DNA of 59,413 nt, the filler included, from Platydemus manokwari (Eukaryota), in the NCBI GenBank assembly GCA_037951405.1. It is 5 parts of 5 records of this genome, joined end to end, with 100 filler letters (N's around TTAATTAATTAA, not from the genome) between each part and the next. Parts side by side here need not be neighbours in the genome. Positions count along the whole stretch, not along the records: positions 32,288 to 43,147 come from JBBMOY011100107.1; positions 43,248 to 59,413 come from JBBMOY011205876.1; 3 more parts are not named here. One strand, given 5' to 3'. Numbering within the stretch: the stretch's first letter is position 1; every line of letters begins with the position of its first letter. The notes under the pieces are model-generated. The model saw nothing but the letters and a program-made list of their open reading frames with translations, ran no database searches and was not told the origin of the DNA. A program made the translations under genes and the position numbers. This document shows positions 39,612-51,265 of the stretch, in pieces.

Positions 39612-41627
39612 ATGAATAACAACAGTGCTTCTCAAGACTCAAAATCATTATCTATACTCGATTTCATGATACCGAATTTAGCAGAAATGCTCTCAATTCT
39701 GGAAGAAGCTTCTGAAATACAAAATATTTCTGGAGTTATCACTGAAGGTGGAAGAGTTTTGGGTTGTTTAACTAAATCTTTTCACATTCGAGTAGATTTA
39801 ATTTTGCTCGTATATAATATCATTTGTATTTTCATTTTCTCCATGATGACGAAAAGAGTTTCGTTTAAAAAAGATAGATGCGATGGCCGACCGGGAATAG
39901 CAATACCAATGGATATGTTAAATAGCCATAATTATATCATCGAATACACATTAATTTTTCTATCTTTTAGTGAAGAAATTTTCGGTTATTTATTTGGTGA
40001 CCTGTTGAAATTACCTGGAGTTCATCCTATTGTGAATTTCTTTTTCAAACTTTTTATTGTTGCAGTTTTATCCATCGATTCTTTTCCGTTTTTCGCAGCA
40101 GTTTGTGGTCGAAATATTATTTGGACATCATTGGTTTTGATAACATCTATTTTACAACTCTTTATGAGTATATATGATGGTTATGTAAAAATTAGATGTT
40201 TAAGAGGATCAAAAATGGCTCCACAAAGTTTCATTAGCATTGTTTGTAGTGGGATTAATTTGGCAATTATCTGTATGTATATTTCGAAATTGATAAAATA
40301 TTCGAGAAGCAACCGATATATTGCCTCAGAATCAATGAATAAATGCCGTGATTATTCGTTTCTGTATGTGAAAGAATTATTGAAAGAAAAGTGTGTGACA
40401 AATGATGAAACTGATGAAGAGTTGAAAGAGTCGGAAACGAAAATGAAGGTCATATTAAGGCGAATTAAATTTAATCAATTTAGATTGAAGATTCGAGAGC
40501 AAATGTATCGAAATATACCTGGATTCAGTATTCCTCCTAGATTAATAATTGGTTTTTCAATTGGTTTGTATTTTGTTTACAGAATCCTTATTAATTTCAT
40601 CGACCAAATGACACCTTTCGCATGGAATGTTATTACAAAATTGAATATAATACTATCAACAATTAATATGGATATGTCAACGGCGTTTCGATTGGTATCG
40701 GGAAAATATTCACTGAACGATGCAATCCAAATTACAACTGCTTTTCGATATTTGATTCTATTTTATTTGAAACTCTTTATGTCTTGCCTGGTCATTGGTT
40801 TTATCATTGGCATGGTTAATTCGATAGTTCAAATTTTTCTTACCTTGAGAAATTATCGACTTCAATTTCATAAACTGATGAGAAAAGGGTTTCCATCGAG
40901 AATTAGTCTTAGTAAAGCTCCAGCACCAGATGGATTGATTAGTGGTTTTGTACGATATAGTGGATATCAGGCGGCTTACATAATGTGGGGTATTAGCATC
41001 GTAGCTTTTTTCTTGGTTATCTCATTGTTCTTTGTCATTGGTGTGTTTCTTATTCCTTTATTTTATTTGGAAAATTCTTGGCCGCGAAAATTAATTTTCG
41101 GAACTGGACCAGTTTTAGTAGCAACATTTATATTCAATTTTCTTCAAGGACAGTTAATTAAACACGTCTTTGTCAAAGAACATGGCAGTGTTATGGAAGT
41201 GGATAATAGACGATTTTTTATGGTTTATACTCATTGTTTATTTTTTGTGAACATTTTGATGGGTATGTTTAGCTCATTAAAAAGAATAATCGTATGGTTA
41301 TTTTTCGGAGTATTTACATTTTCGAGACTAGATTTTAGTTCCCTACCAAAATACATTCGTGGATTTGATAGTGGATATATGTGTTATATTGGATTTCTTT
41401 ACACAGAACAATATCATCACAATCCGATCTTGTTGTGTTTCTCTTATCTACTTCTCAAGTCAATTGAAGAAAGAGGAAACAATAAGTGTGAAATGGTGGA
41501 GAAATATGAGTTAGAAAAAAAACGATTACGATATCGAAATCTGTGGCAATTATCATTAACATTGATAAACAACCAGAAATTATTGGCCCAGAGAAGACTT
41601 ATGATTGTTGGAAATCTCATTGATTGA
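39612..41627 (+). CDS. STRA6: STRA6/STRA6-like (RBPR2) multi-pass membrane receptor, single coding exon, 671 aa
   Basis: 2016-nt uninterrupted ORF with many hydrophobic helices. Family motifs: GRPGIAIPMDML, RYSGYQAAYIMWG, DNRRFF, SRLDFS, DSGY..YIGFL..E.YHHNPILLCFSYLLL, and C-terminal RYRNLWQLSLTLINNQKL (cf. vertebrate GRPGLPSPVDFL...HPAMTAFCSLLL...RARWGLAYTLLHNPTL). Confidence 0.9.
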   Translation: MNNNSASQDSKSLSILDFMIPNLAEMLSILEEASEIQNISGVITEGGRVLGCLTKSFHIRVDLILLVYNIICIFIFSMMTKRVSFKKDRCDGRPGIAIPMDMLNSHNYIIEYTLIFLSFSEEIFGYLFGDLLKLPGVHPIVNFFFKLFIVAVLSIDSFPFFAAVCGRNIIWTSLVLITSILQLFMSIYDGYVKIRCLRGSKMAPQSFISIVCSGINLAIICMYISKLIKYSRSNRYIASESMNKCRDYSFLYVKELLKEKCVTNDETDEELKESETKMKVILRRIKFNQFRLKIREQMYRNIPGFSIPPRLIIGFSIGLYFVYRILINFIDQMTPFAWNVITKLNIILSTINMDMSTAFRLVSGKYSLNDAIQITTAFRYLILFYLKLFMSCLVIGFIIGMVNSIVQIFLTLRNYRLQFHKLMRKGFPSRISLSKAPAPDGLISGFVRYSGYQAAYIMWGISIVAFFLVISLFFVIGVFLIPLFYLENSWPRKLIFGTGPVLVATFIFNFLQGQLIKHVFVKEHGSVMEVDNRRFFMVYTHCLFFVNILMGMFSSLKRIIVWLFFGVFTFSRLDFSSLPKYIRGFDSGYMCYIGFLYTEQYHHNPILLCFSYLLLKSIEERGNNKCEMVEKYELEKKRLRYRNLWQLSLTLINNQKLLAQRRLMIVGNLID

Positions 41628-42139
41628 TATTATGAATTCAGTAATACGAATTGATTATCTAATTTATGATTTGATCGTCATTTACTTTTATTATTATATT
41701 TAATCTATTTCTTTGTTATTTTCTTTTTGGTTATAAAAACATAGTTTTGATTTTAACTTTATAATATTTATCGAAAATTTATTACTATTATTATTATCAT
41801 CATTTATGAGTGATATATTAAGTGTTCTAAACGTGAGTTCATCGCCTGATAGCGAATCATTGAATTATATTTAAGAAGTCGTTCCTTTTCCTATAGTGGA
41901 CAAAGAATGTCGAATCCGGTTAATCGATTGACTACATATGTGAAATAATTATGGTTCAACCTACAAATTCTAATTGTCATTACGCTCATTATAATGTTTA
42001 TTTTCCGAGCAGCAAGATCACTTAATGGCGTATACTAGATAATTTTTTCTAGGTTCATGAAAACCCGATGATAAAAACTCAAGATATTAAGATCGTTGAA
42101 TGAATGAACCAGCTGATCGATATTGATATCTGCATTAGA

Positions 42140-42400
42140 TGAATATGTAATATACATGAAACTAAATATGGGGAAATATGGATATCATATTGGTAACCTG
42201 GATCACAAATAACATTTTCTCGGACTTCGAAGTTACCATTAATTCTAGTCTTTATCTTGCACAAACAAATTTATGCTTATCAGACTTCTCCACTCAAGTT
42301 TACCTTTCCATCTCCGTATTCGTGATATGAACACACAACAACCTTTTGGAATTTTACTTAGGAGTAGGCTTTGATGAGAAAATTCGTGTACTAGTCAGAA
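42140..42400 (+). pseudogene. possible heavily decayed retroviral-like aspartic protease fragment
   Basis: A frameshifted L(DT)GSQITF-like segment (~42190-42216) followed by PFGILLGVGF (~42342-42372) resembles the two retropepsin motifs. No intact ORF. Confidence 0.3.
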
Positions 42401-43147
42401 ATATTATAGGTAAATGCCTTGTACGAAAACTGAATAACAACGTCTTCTGTGCTTCTCATAAAATCGGAAGTAGTTATACAGACCAGACCTAACTCTCTAT
42501 TACAGCGTGAATGTCTGCTCTATATAACTACTATAAGATTTCATATTGAATATAGAACATATTTTACAAATTACAAAGATTAGAAAAACTAGTAGATTTA
42601 AAAACGAGAAAATTACAAAAACTAAAAAACCATAAAATCAAAACCTTAAAAAAATAAATCATAAACATGAATGTGCATAAATGCCAAATTTGCGATTGAA
42701 CTTTTAAAAGATTATAACAAATCTAAAAAGTATATTGCAAAACTTAATAAACAAAACAATAACTGTAACTGATAATGCAAGTGATATTGTTGAATTTTTA
42801 AAATTCATTAAAAATCCTTCAGTAAACAAAAATAAAATTTCTTATATTTTAGAATTAACTGTTAATATTTTCGAATATATTTCGAATAGTAATTGAAATT
42901 ATATTGGAAAATCTTAATGATATTCGAGAACTAAATATTATTTCAAAAAAAATATATTCAAATAAAATATCAAAAGTTGAAGGGAAAGAAATTACTGAAA
43001 ACCAGTTATTAAATACTATAAATGATTTTCCACAAAAGTTAGAAGATTTACTAAAGCTTAATGACAATTGGAATTTACTAGAATTCGGAAATTTATATGT
43101 AGATGTCCTTATTTAAATTCCCCATTAAATTCCCTTCAATTTGATAT

Positions 43148-43247
43148 NNNNNNNNNNNNNNNNNNNNNNNNNNNNNNNNNNNNNNNNNNNNTTAATTAAT
43201 TAANNNNNNNNNNNNNNNNNNNNNNNNNNNNNNNNNNNNNNNNNNNN
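43148..43247. other. artificial assembly spacer
   Basis: Same 44+12+44 structure. Confidence 0.95.
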
Positions 43248-43655
43248 ATTTCACTAATTTTCCAAAGTGTCATAGATACTGAATTTTCTTCATTTCTTAA
43301 TACAACAGAGTCTACCTTTTTAATAGATTGTTAATGCTAATCTTTTTATTTATTTTATCGTCTCTCAAGGAAAATGATTGAATATTCGTACAGCAAATGT
43401 TAAACTTGTGAAGTTTGTAAAGATACTTTGCTTTATTATTGATTGTCACATTTATGATTGATTATATAAAGTAGATATTATATCCCTTATAAAAACAAAA
43501 TATTTTTATTCAATTAAAGAATATATCGAAAGAAATGACGCAGAATAGTATACAAATCACAGCATGGTCACACAACATCACCATTGTAAGTCGCTACTAT
43601 TTTAAAAATCACCCATTAAAACGAACTGAAAAGTTACAACACCAAAAATATATTT

Positions 43656-43754
43656 AATTAGATAAAAATGGAGATTTGTTTTAATTTTAAAAACAAATGC
43701 GTGTGAGTTTTAAAATAAAAATAAAAGATTAATGGAAACAACTTATGTTTTACT
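43656..43754 (+). repeat. 5' LTR (99 bp)
   Basis: Direct repeat of 46996-47094, about 90% identical by manual alignment; ends in ACT. Confidence 0.9.
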
Positions 43755-43764
43755 GGCGACCACG
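43754..43764 (+). other. primer-binding site, tRNA-Arg-like
   Basis: TGGCGACCACG immediately after the 5' LTR, sharing its terminal T. It is complementary to the ...CGUGGUCG-CCA 3' end recalled for animal tRNA-Arg(UCG). Confidence 0.75.
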
Positions 43765-44339
43765 CCGAAATTAACGTTCTGACTAGAGCTAAGCGAGAAG
43801 AAAGGCAGAAAATTTTGCGAATCTGGCACAAAAAACTTCGGAGTTATTTATTCCGAGACCGTCATTCTTCAATTCATCAATCTAAGATGTTGAGAAATGG
43901 TTCCAAACAACCAAAGATTTCGTGACCTTTAGATAAATGGAACTATCATTTGCATTTGACATGCTGTTGAGAGATGACGCCAAACAACCGTGGCAAGAAT
44001 TCAGCAGTTTCAAGGAAGCCGTTTCAAATGAAGAAATTGAAAAATAGTTTTTGGAAACATTTTCACATGCCAAAACAGTGTACGACAAGGTTCAGGATTT
44101 GGCAACAATCAACAAAGATCAGATGAAAAAGTTTTGAACTTCGTGTGAAGAAGCTAAGGATCCCAATAGTTTGAAACAACAAAATTTTAATAAAGGAGAT
44201 CATTGTAGTAAAAGAAATTTCACCAGGATTTATCGGATATGTTTATAAGATGAAGACTTCTGGAATATTCCTTTCAGGGATAAAATCAATTGATGCCAAG
44301 AATATGTGAAAGAAATACACTCACCAAGACAAAATCGAA

Positions 44340-46690
44340 ATGGCACTGAAGGGTATTGCTGATAAGAAGGATATTTCATTGAATAGGTGTATAAAAGAAA
44401 ATATCTCAATTTTTATGGCTTCTCTGTTCAATGTAGGACTAACAGATTTGGTGAAGCACGAGATCCGTACAAAAGGGGAAACTATTTCTCAAAATTCCAG
44501 AAGGCAGCCAATAAATTTAGAAACCAAAATCCAAGAGTTGATAGAAAATCTTCACGAAAGTAATGTCATAACACCTTGCAAGAGCCATTGGAACTCTCCT
44601 TTGGCCGTGGTTTCAAAGAAAAATGGATTGATCAGGATGTGTTTAGACTTCAGAAAATTAAACGACAGACTGAAAAATTTTCTTTTCGGTACTTGATATC
44701 CAAACGTTATTGGACCCAGTGTATGAAGCGACAGTTTTCTCCATGATAGATTCAGGTCGAACTTGAAGAAGATTCTAAAATGAAAACGGCTTCCAGCACT
44801 AGAACTGGGTAGTTCAGTTTTAACAGACTACCTTTCCGATTATGTACCTCCCCAGCAACGTTTCAGAGTCTAATGAATACTATATTCAAGAATTTGATTT
44901 ACAAAGGCGTTTTGGTTTATCTGCACTATATTTCAGTGTATGGAAGAACAGTAGAGGAACACAATGAGAAACTGGACAAGATATTCAGGTTGAAAATCAA
45001 TCAAGAGAAATGCACTTTTGGCAGTGGAAAATTGATTTTCCTGGGCCATACGGTCAGTGCAGAAGGTATAGAAACTAATGACGACAAAGTAAAGAAGATT
45101 AATGAAGCAATAAAATCTGGTTGCATCACTCATCAGTTGAGGTCGTTTCTATGATTGTGTAATTATTACAGAAGATTTATCAAAGATTTAGCATTAATTA
45201 TGGCTCCGTTATATGCGATGATGACTGGTAGTTACAAGAAATTGGAGTGGAGTTTAGAGTGTGAGGAAAGTTTTGGAAACCTTAAGGAACAATTATGCAC
45301 AGCTCCGATTTTGGCCTTTCTGGATTCAAACAAAGAGATGATTTTAGACACCGACGCTAGTTTCAGAGCGATTGCAAGCGTTCTAAGCCAGCTGGATGAC
45401 AATGGAAAAGGGACAGTATTGGCATATGGTTCCAGGACTCTTAACAGCCATGAAAAAGGTTATTGCGTCTCGAAGAAACAGCTTTTAGCAATCCACGAGT
45501 TTACTATGCATTTTAAACATTATCTGTTGGGAAAGAAACTTGTGACTCGCACCGATCACAAAGCCTTGATAAACATGAAGAAAACTAACAAACAGATTTG
45601 CCTCAGTTTCAAACATGGGTTGCAAGCTTATCTGGATTTAATTTCGAACATCAATATCCGAAAAGATCAGATCATGGAAATGCAGATGGGCTTTCAAAGA
45701 TAACGAAGTATTTTGTTCTCAATGCTTAACTCAGCACCGGGGGGCTTAAGAAGGTAAACGAAAAAGCCGGCTTATTAATGTTGTCGAGCATTCAATTGCA
45801 AATAATGACGAATTAAGAAAGATTCAACAAGAAGATACTGTCGTTGGTTCCATTCGAAAATGTTTAGGAAAAACAGAAACAGAAGTCAATTCAGCGGTAA
45901 AGAAAAGTAAATATTTTAACAGTTTAGAGAAATACGAATTGTTTGAAAATATGGTGGTGTATAATGAGAATGGTAAGAAACGAATTATTATGCCAGAGGT
46001 TTATTCCCAGAAACTTACGAGATACCTCCATGAGGAGTTGTGCCATACTGGTAATAAGAAATTAGTCGATTACATTCAAAAATTTACTTCTGGCCAAATA
46101 TGTCAAGTAGCATTGAACATGAAATACGGAATTGTGATATTTGTGCTAAACGTAAGGTATACACTGGACGGACTAAAGAGATTTTGATTCCAACAGAATA
46201 GTTTAGTCCTCTGGAATAGATCGTTGTTGATGTTTCGCAATTTAGGGAATTGATGACTAAAACCAGATATTTGTTGGTTATTGTCGATAGATTCAGTAAG
46301 TTAGTAAGCTTGGCGTCACTTATTCGACAAGACGAAACAAGTATTTCCAAGTCAATCATCGATAAATGGATCTATAGGTATGGTGCCCCAAAATCAATGC
46401 TCACTGATCGTGGTAGAGTCTTCAAAGGAAGGGAAATAAAGCAATTAGCGACACGTTTTGGAATAAAACAAGAGTTTACCTCCCCATACCAACACCAGGC
46501 AAATAGCTTAGCCGAAAGGATGATTAGGACGGTCCGGGACATGGTAGTGACAACGATGGAATCAGAGAAACTGGCTTGGGATAAATTAATACCACGGATA
46601 GAATTCATCATCAATGCAACATATCAAAGTTCAATCCAACGTTCTCCTTTTGAAATATTGTTTGGACGAAGAAGTAATAAACATGGGTAA
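44340..46690 (+). pseudogene. pol: gypsy pol pseudogene (RT-RNase H-integrase)
   Basis: ORF fragments 44340-44696, 44873-45154, 45155-45703, 45939-46187 and 46250-46690. The RT catalytic YxDD reads YLHY at 44918-44929. Confidence 0.92.
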
Positions 46691-46985
46691 AGACTTAATG
46701 AACCAAGCCATCACCACCAGATAATCAAGGAAACGGAAAACCAGCTAAGATCAGTAGCCACACACTTAAAGAAATTCAATGCTAAAAAAGAGGTTGTAGA
46801 ATTTTAACAGTTAGAGAAGAAGTTTTAGTGAAGAAAGAACCACGTAGGATAAAGAAGAACGGAGATCGTTGTGAAGGTCCTCACATAATTTTGAAATTTT
46901 TAAGTCCATATTAAGTACTTCTTGATTTCCAGGGACAACCAAAATCTCGAAAAATTGAGTGGCTAAAATGAATTTCAAAAACAAT

Positions 46986-46995
46986 GGGAGAGGGA
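46986..46995 (+). other. polypurine tract
   Basis: GGGAGAGGGA directly before the 3' LTR. Confidence 0.85.
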
Positions 46996-47094
46996 AGTTT
47001 GATAAAAATGGAGATTTTTTTTAATTTTAAAAACAAACGCGTGTGATTTTTAAATTAAAATAAAAGATTGATGGAACCAACTTATGTTTTTACT
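46996..47094 (+). repeat. 3' LTR (99 bp, AGT...ACT)
   Basis: Direct repeat of 43656-43754, preceded by the PPT and followed by the TSD. Confidence 0.9.
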
Positions 47095-50000
47095 TATTTA
47101 AATACAATTATTTAAATAAGCTAATTTGATTTAATACATAATCAAATTTTATACAAAATTAAATCTTTAAAATTTTTTATTCGCTTTAAAATGCCCACCG
47201 CCATGGGCCATTTAAATTATAGGTTTCAGATAAAGTCAAGATTCCTAAATACAATGTTTCGTTAAGGAGGGAAGGTAGAAAAATAAATTAGATTAATCAA
47301 TATATTTATACAATAGTTATGCAATCATTTATGAAAATTGATCTGAATTTGAGTTGGAATCCAGTTTCTCGAAATGATAATTATTAACACGTGTGCACAC
47401 GAGTTAGATGATCAAAAAATCAGGATATCTCCGTTGCCTATATTTTGTCAGTTTGGTTAGATAAATAACAAGTGATTACAATAACAATTAGAATATACAA
47501 GGAAGTGAAGTGATGTATCGGAAGAATGATGAAAGTGAATGGAGTATGATGTTAGTTAATAATCAAGTAATAGAGATGTGTGGGATTCAGGTGTTTCCGT
47601 CATTAATAAAGAGTGTTGAAAGATAATTGGAAATCCCTTATTGAAAAGAACCGGAGAACACTAAAGACATTATGCCCAAATCTGATTTGTTTAGAAGAAT
47701 TTGCATTATCGTTGTAAATTCTTTTGCACATCATTTATCGGAGGCGTAGATATGATGAATGCATTCGAAATTCAACTAACAGATAAATACAAAAAGTAGA
47801 ATTTTCTGATGATGGCCACATTAAATACGTTATTTGATGTATTTCAATTGAAAAAATGCAATGAGCTTGATAAATTAATAAAGCAATATACCACGAGTAT
47901 TGTATTTATCAAAATATAAAGCTCACCGGATTGCAAGTTTCATCCTAAAAAATTATCTTCTTGTAAAATTTTTTATAAATTTTCTTGGTTATTAATATTA
48001 CCATTCTTAAATAATATTATTTTTATTGTACAATGCATAAGGAATGTCTACCGCAAATAATCTCCGGAGTCGGATTACAAGAAATTGAGTTTCATAATAT
48101 CATCCTTGCAGCATTTTATTGTTATTTCATCTTTTTGACACATACCTAGGAAGCAGCTTTTAAATTTTTGATATAATAGATATATAATACCAAAAACTTT
48201 AAAACCTAACATTATGTGGATAATAGCGCAATCGGATTACCGCCATCAAAATAACATACCTTATTTACAACATTATATAAAAAATAAAACATTTCGTGAA
48301 ATTATAAACAACACATTTTTTTATAATTTGCCAGAAAACAGAATGTTTCAACTATCAAAAATTTGTTCTAGGACTGATTGATAAATTTAAATCTCTCGAT
48401 ATTGTAATATATGCAGTTGTATACTTTTTTTATTTTACAGACATACATCTATAGACAATGAAAACCCAATCTCTAATTGGTTGGCACATGTCGGAATCAT
48501 GTATTTCTATATTCCTTTTAAAGGAGTTGCTTCGGGGTTTAAACTATTATTTCTTTCAGTTCTGTTTATCACATACTCGAAAGATGTTAGAAAATATTAA
48601 TGCTTTATTTAGTTAACAATTAATTCCTTCAATTCGCGATGAAATAAAACTAAAACTTGTTGATCATAAACACATTTTTTTGCCATTAGTAGACAATTTT
48701 CATATAATAATAAATTTTTTAAAAAATATTCAGTTTCTTTAATTAAGTTTTTCCCATTATGTGATTTTTAATTTGTTCTTGGTGTTCAGTTTATAGCCGA
48801 CTTCCAGTGTAGAACAAGGACAAAACAGAATTTCTAAACCAACTACCTTCTCCATAATACTTTTATTGGAGCTTTTTATTTTGTTAATTTTAAATTACAA
48901 TTAATTCTTATTACGTTTAGGTCATTAATCCATGAAACATCTAGTGCAAATTAAAAATCAAAGGCAATTTGTTTGGAGTATTCAGTAAACTAGTCGGAAT
49001 TTGTTTAAAGTACCCAATAATTACACACTGCTGTAGAATAACTAATTAGAAACTCTACTAAATGTAAAAAATAAGGTCATATAAATATTCAAAGAAAGAA
49101 ATTACAGCTGAATCTTGTGCTCAGTTACCCAATATTATAAGAAAGTATCATATTTATATACAATCAACCTGTTGATATCGATTCATAATCATTATCCAAT
49201 AAGTATCTCAGGGAGCTATATTTTATTCTTTGAAAATAATCGATAAAATTAAACATTTATTATATTGATTTGATACAGATCTTCAACAATAAATTCTAAT
49301 CTGAACCTAGAATAAAAAGTAAATTCAAAATGCTTTAAAAATGGAAACAATTATATTATAGTGGTTACGGTGGCATTAAGGGTTAATCACTGATAAAATC
49401 GACTGAGTGCTCTTACAGGCACTGCCACAATGGATTTCTAAAACTTTCAAGTATTATTGAATTAGAACCAACATTAGAATTTTAATTAAAAAGCAAAACC
49501 TAGTTTTTTGGCTTTTTCATTGAGACTTACTGTACAGTGTTATATTAACAATATTTTGTTCAAATTGATATTGTTATTATCTTATTATTTTATAAAATTT
49601 TGTGGGATATATACGTATAACCATATATAACCATATACATATAACCATAATAAAATATAATAATAATAACAGAATCTAATAATAATCATAATAAATACAA
49701 AGATATATACATAATAATAAATGAAAAATAAATATAAATAAAGAATATTAAAATTTTTGGTCTCATCACAGACATGAATCATAAAAATTATTCACGAATT
49801 ATTAATTCACATTGTCATGGGTACCATAAGAATATCGTTGTTGATTAAATAAAATTTAATATAACCATGACGACGTTGCAATTCAGTAAGGCAGAAATAA
49901 CTATGACGCACCTCATGCACATAGCATACACTTGCAGACATTATATAAGTAGATGCCAGTAATAATTCATTGCACAAAAAATTTTCAACGAAATAGTACC

Positions 50001-51265
50001 ACTTTTCAAGATTATTCATTTCCATACTACAGCAAAGTATATAGCTGTATCGAGAATTGAGATAGCAGTACATTACAGCAACTCATATTGCTGCTCAGTG
50101 GATCTATTCATCATAAACTGTTCAAAATTAATCGATTATTTCTTATTGGAAAACATTCAATGTGATAAACTTCTTACTGTTTATTTCCACTATTGTTTAT
50201 AACAGCAATAAAAGCTACTCTTAAAAGTCTATAGAATTTGAAGAGCTAAAAACACCTAAAATCACAATTGCTCCTTTAGTTTCATTCGGACGCACCTAGA
50301 CCCTCCGCTGATTTTTACATTCTTCAAGGCACGACACTCATTCTGTTAATATTAATTTGTAACTTAAATTGTATATTTAATTACCAATAAAGTATTTTAT
50401 CGCATTTATTACTTTATTTATCTATTTATCTAATACAACCTAATTTTCTGTTAGAAGTTAAATATTTTATGGAAATATCGGTTATCTGCTTTTAACGGAC
50501 TTAAACTAAATAAAGATTTCAATAATTGAGCGAAATTTATTGATTTAAATCAATTTAAGTCACCTCTTTAAAATTCCATCAATTTGATTACTCATTGTTC
50601 ATAATTATATATACCTTTTGGAGTCAGATGTATTAAGTAACTATTATTTAAAAAAATATTAATTAAAAATATTATTGAGTTCTAATATTCAATTAATTAT
50701 CACGTTATTCTAAATTTGATTTGATGCAAGTTACATCTAATCTATGAAATATAATAAACCCAACAATGTATAATAGTATTACAATTTAGTTTTAGACATA
50801 AATCAATATAAAGCAAAAGAACACAAATGAAAATTTAAAATCGTTACTTTGAAGACTGTGTTTTTTATCTGTTGACCTATGATAATTAAAGGTGTAACGC
50901 TTTTAATCATTTAAATTAATATTAATCACAAATTATTATAACTTTTTATAAATAATTTATTACTATACTGTTAAGAGAACTAAACTTATTCCACACATAG
51001 AAATGTGATGGGAATAATTATTTTAATTGTCTGATTTTTTAATTTCAATCGTTAATTTGTAGTGTAAAAATATACGAAATAAATTACTTCTATTTAATAA
51101 TTTCAATGAGAAAACCTTGGCACCTGTAAATTTAGAAATAGTTACAAATAATATAGCTATATTTTTTGTAGTATCTCAAATTAAAACATATATTATTGCA
51201 CTTTTATTTTTGTATATTTGTTTGTATAATTCATTTCACAAGCTGGTTGAACAACATTTTTCAAT

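Larger units (their letters stand above)
43656..47094 (+). mobile_element. Ty3/gypsy LTR retrotransposon, complete boundaries, coding-decayed (3439 bp)
   Basis: Two 99-bp LTRs, TATTT target-site duplication (43651-43655 / 47095-47099), PBS and PPT. Gag-like remnant at ~43800-44330, then RT (SHWNSPLAVVSKKNGLIRMCLDFRKLN), RNase H (LDTDAS...AYGSRTL...TDHKAL) and integrase (HEELCHTG...CDIC; LTDRG; AERMIRT) in gypsy order, with many stops and frameshifts. Confidence 0.95.

Noticed and set aside
42855-43116. K/N/I/E-rich ORF at a contig end
   Set aside because: Possibly a repeat remnant, but there is no recognisable motif and it lies next to an assembly spacer.
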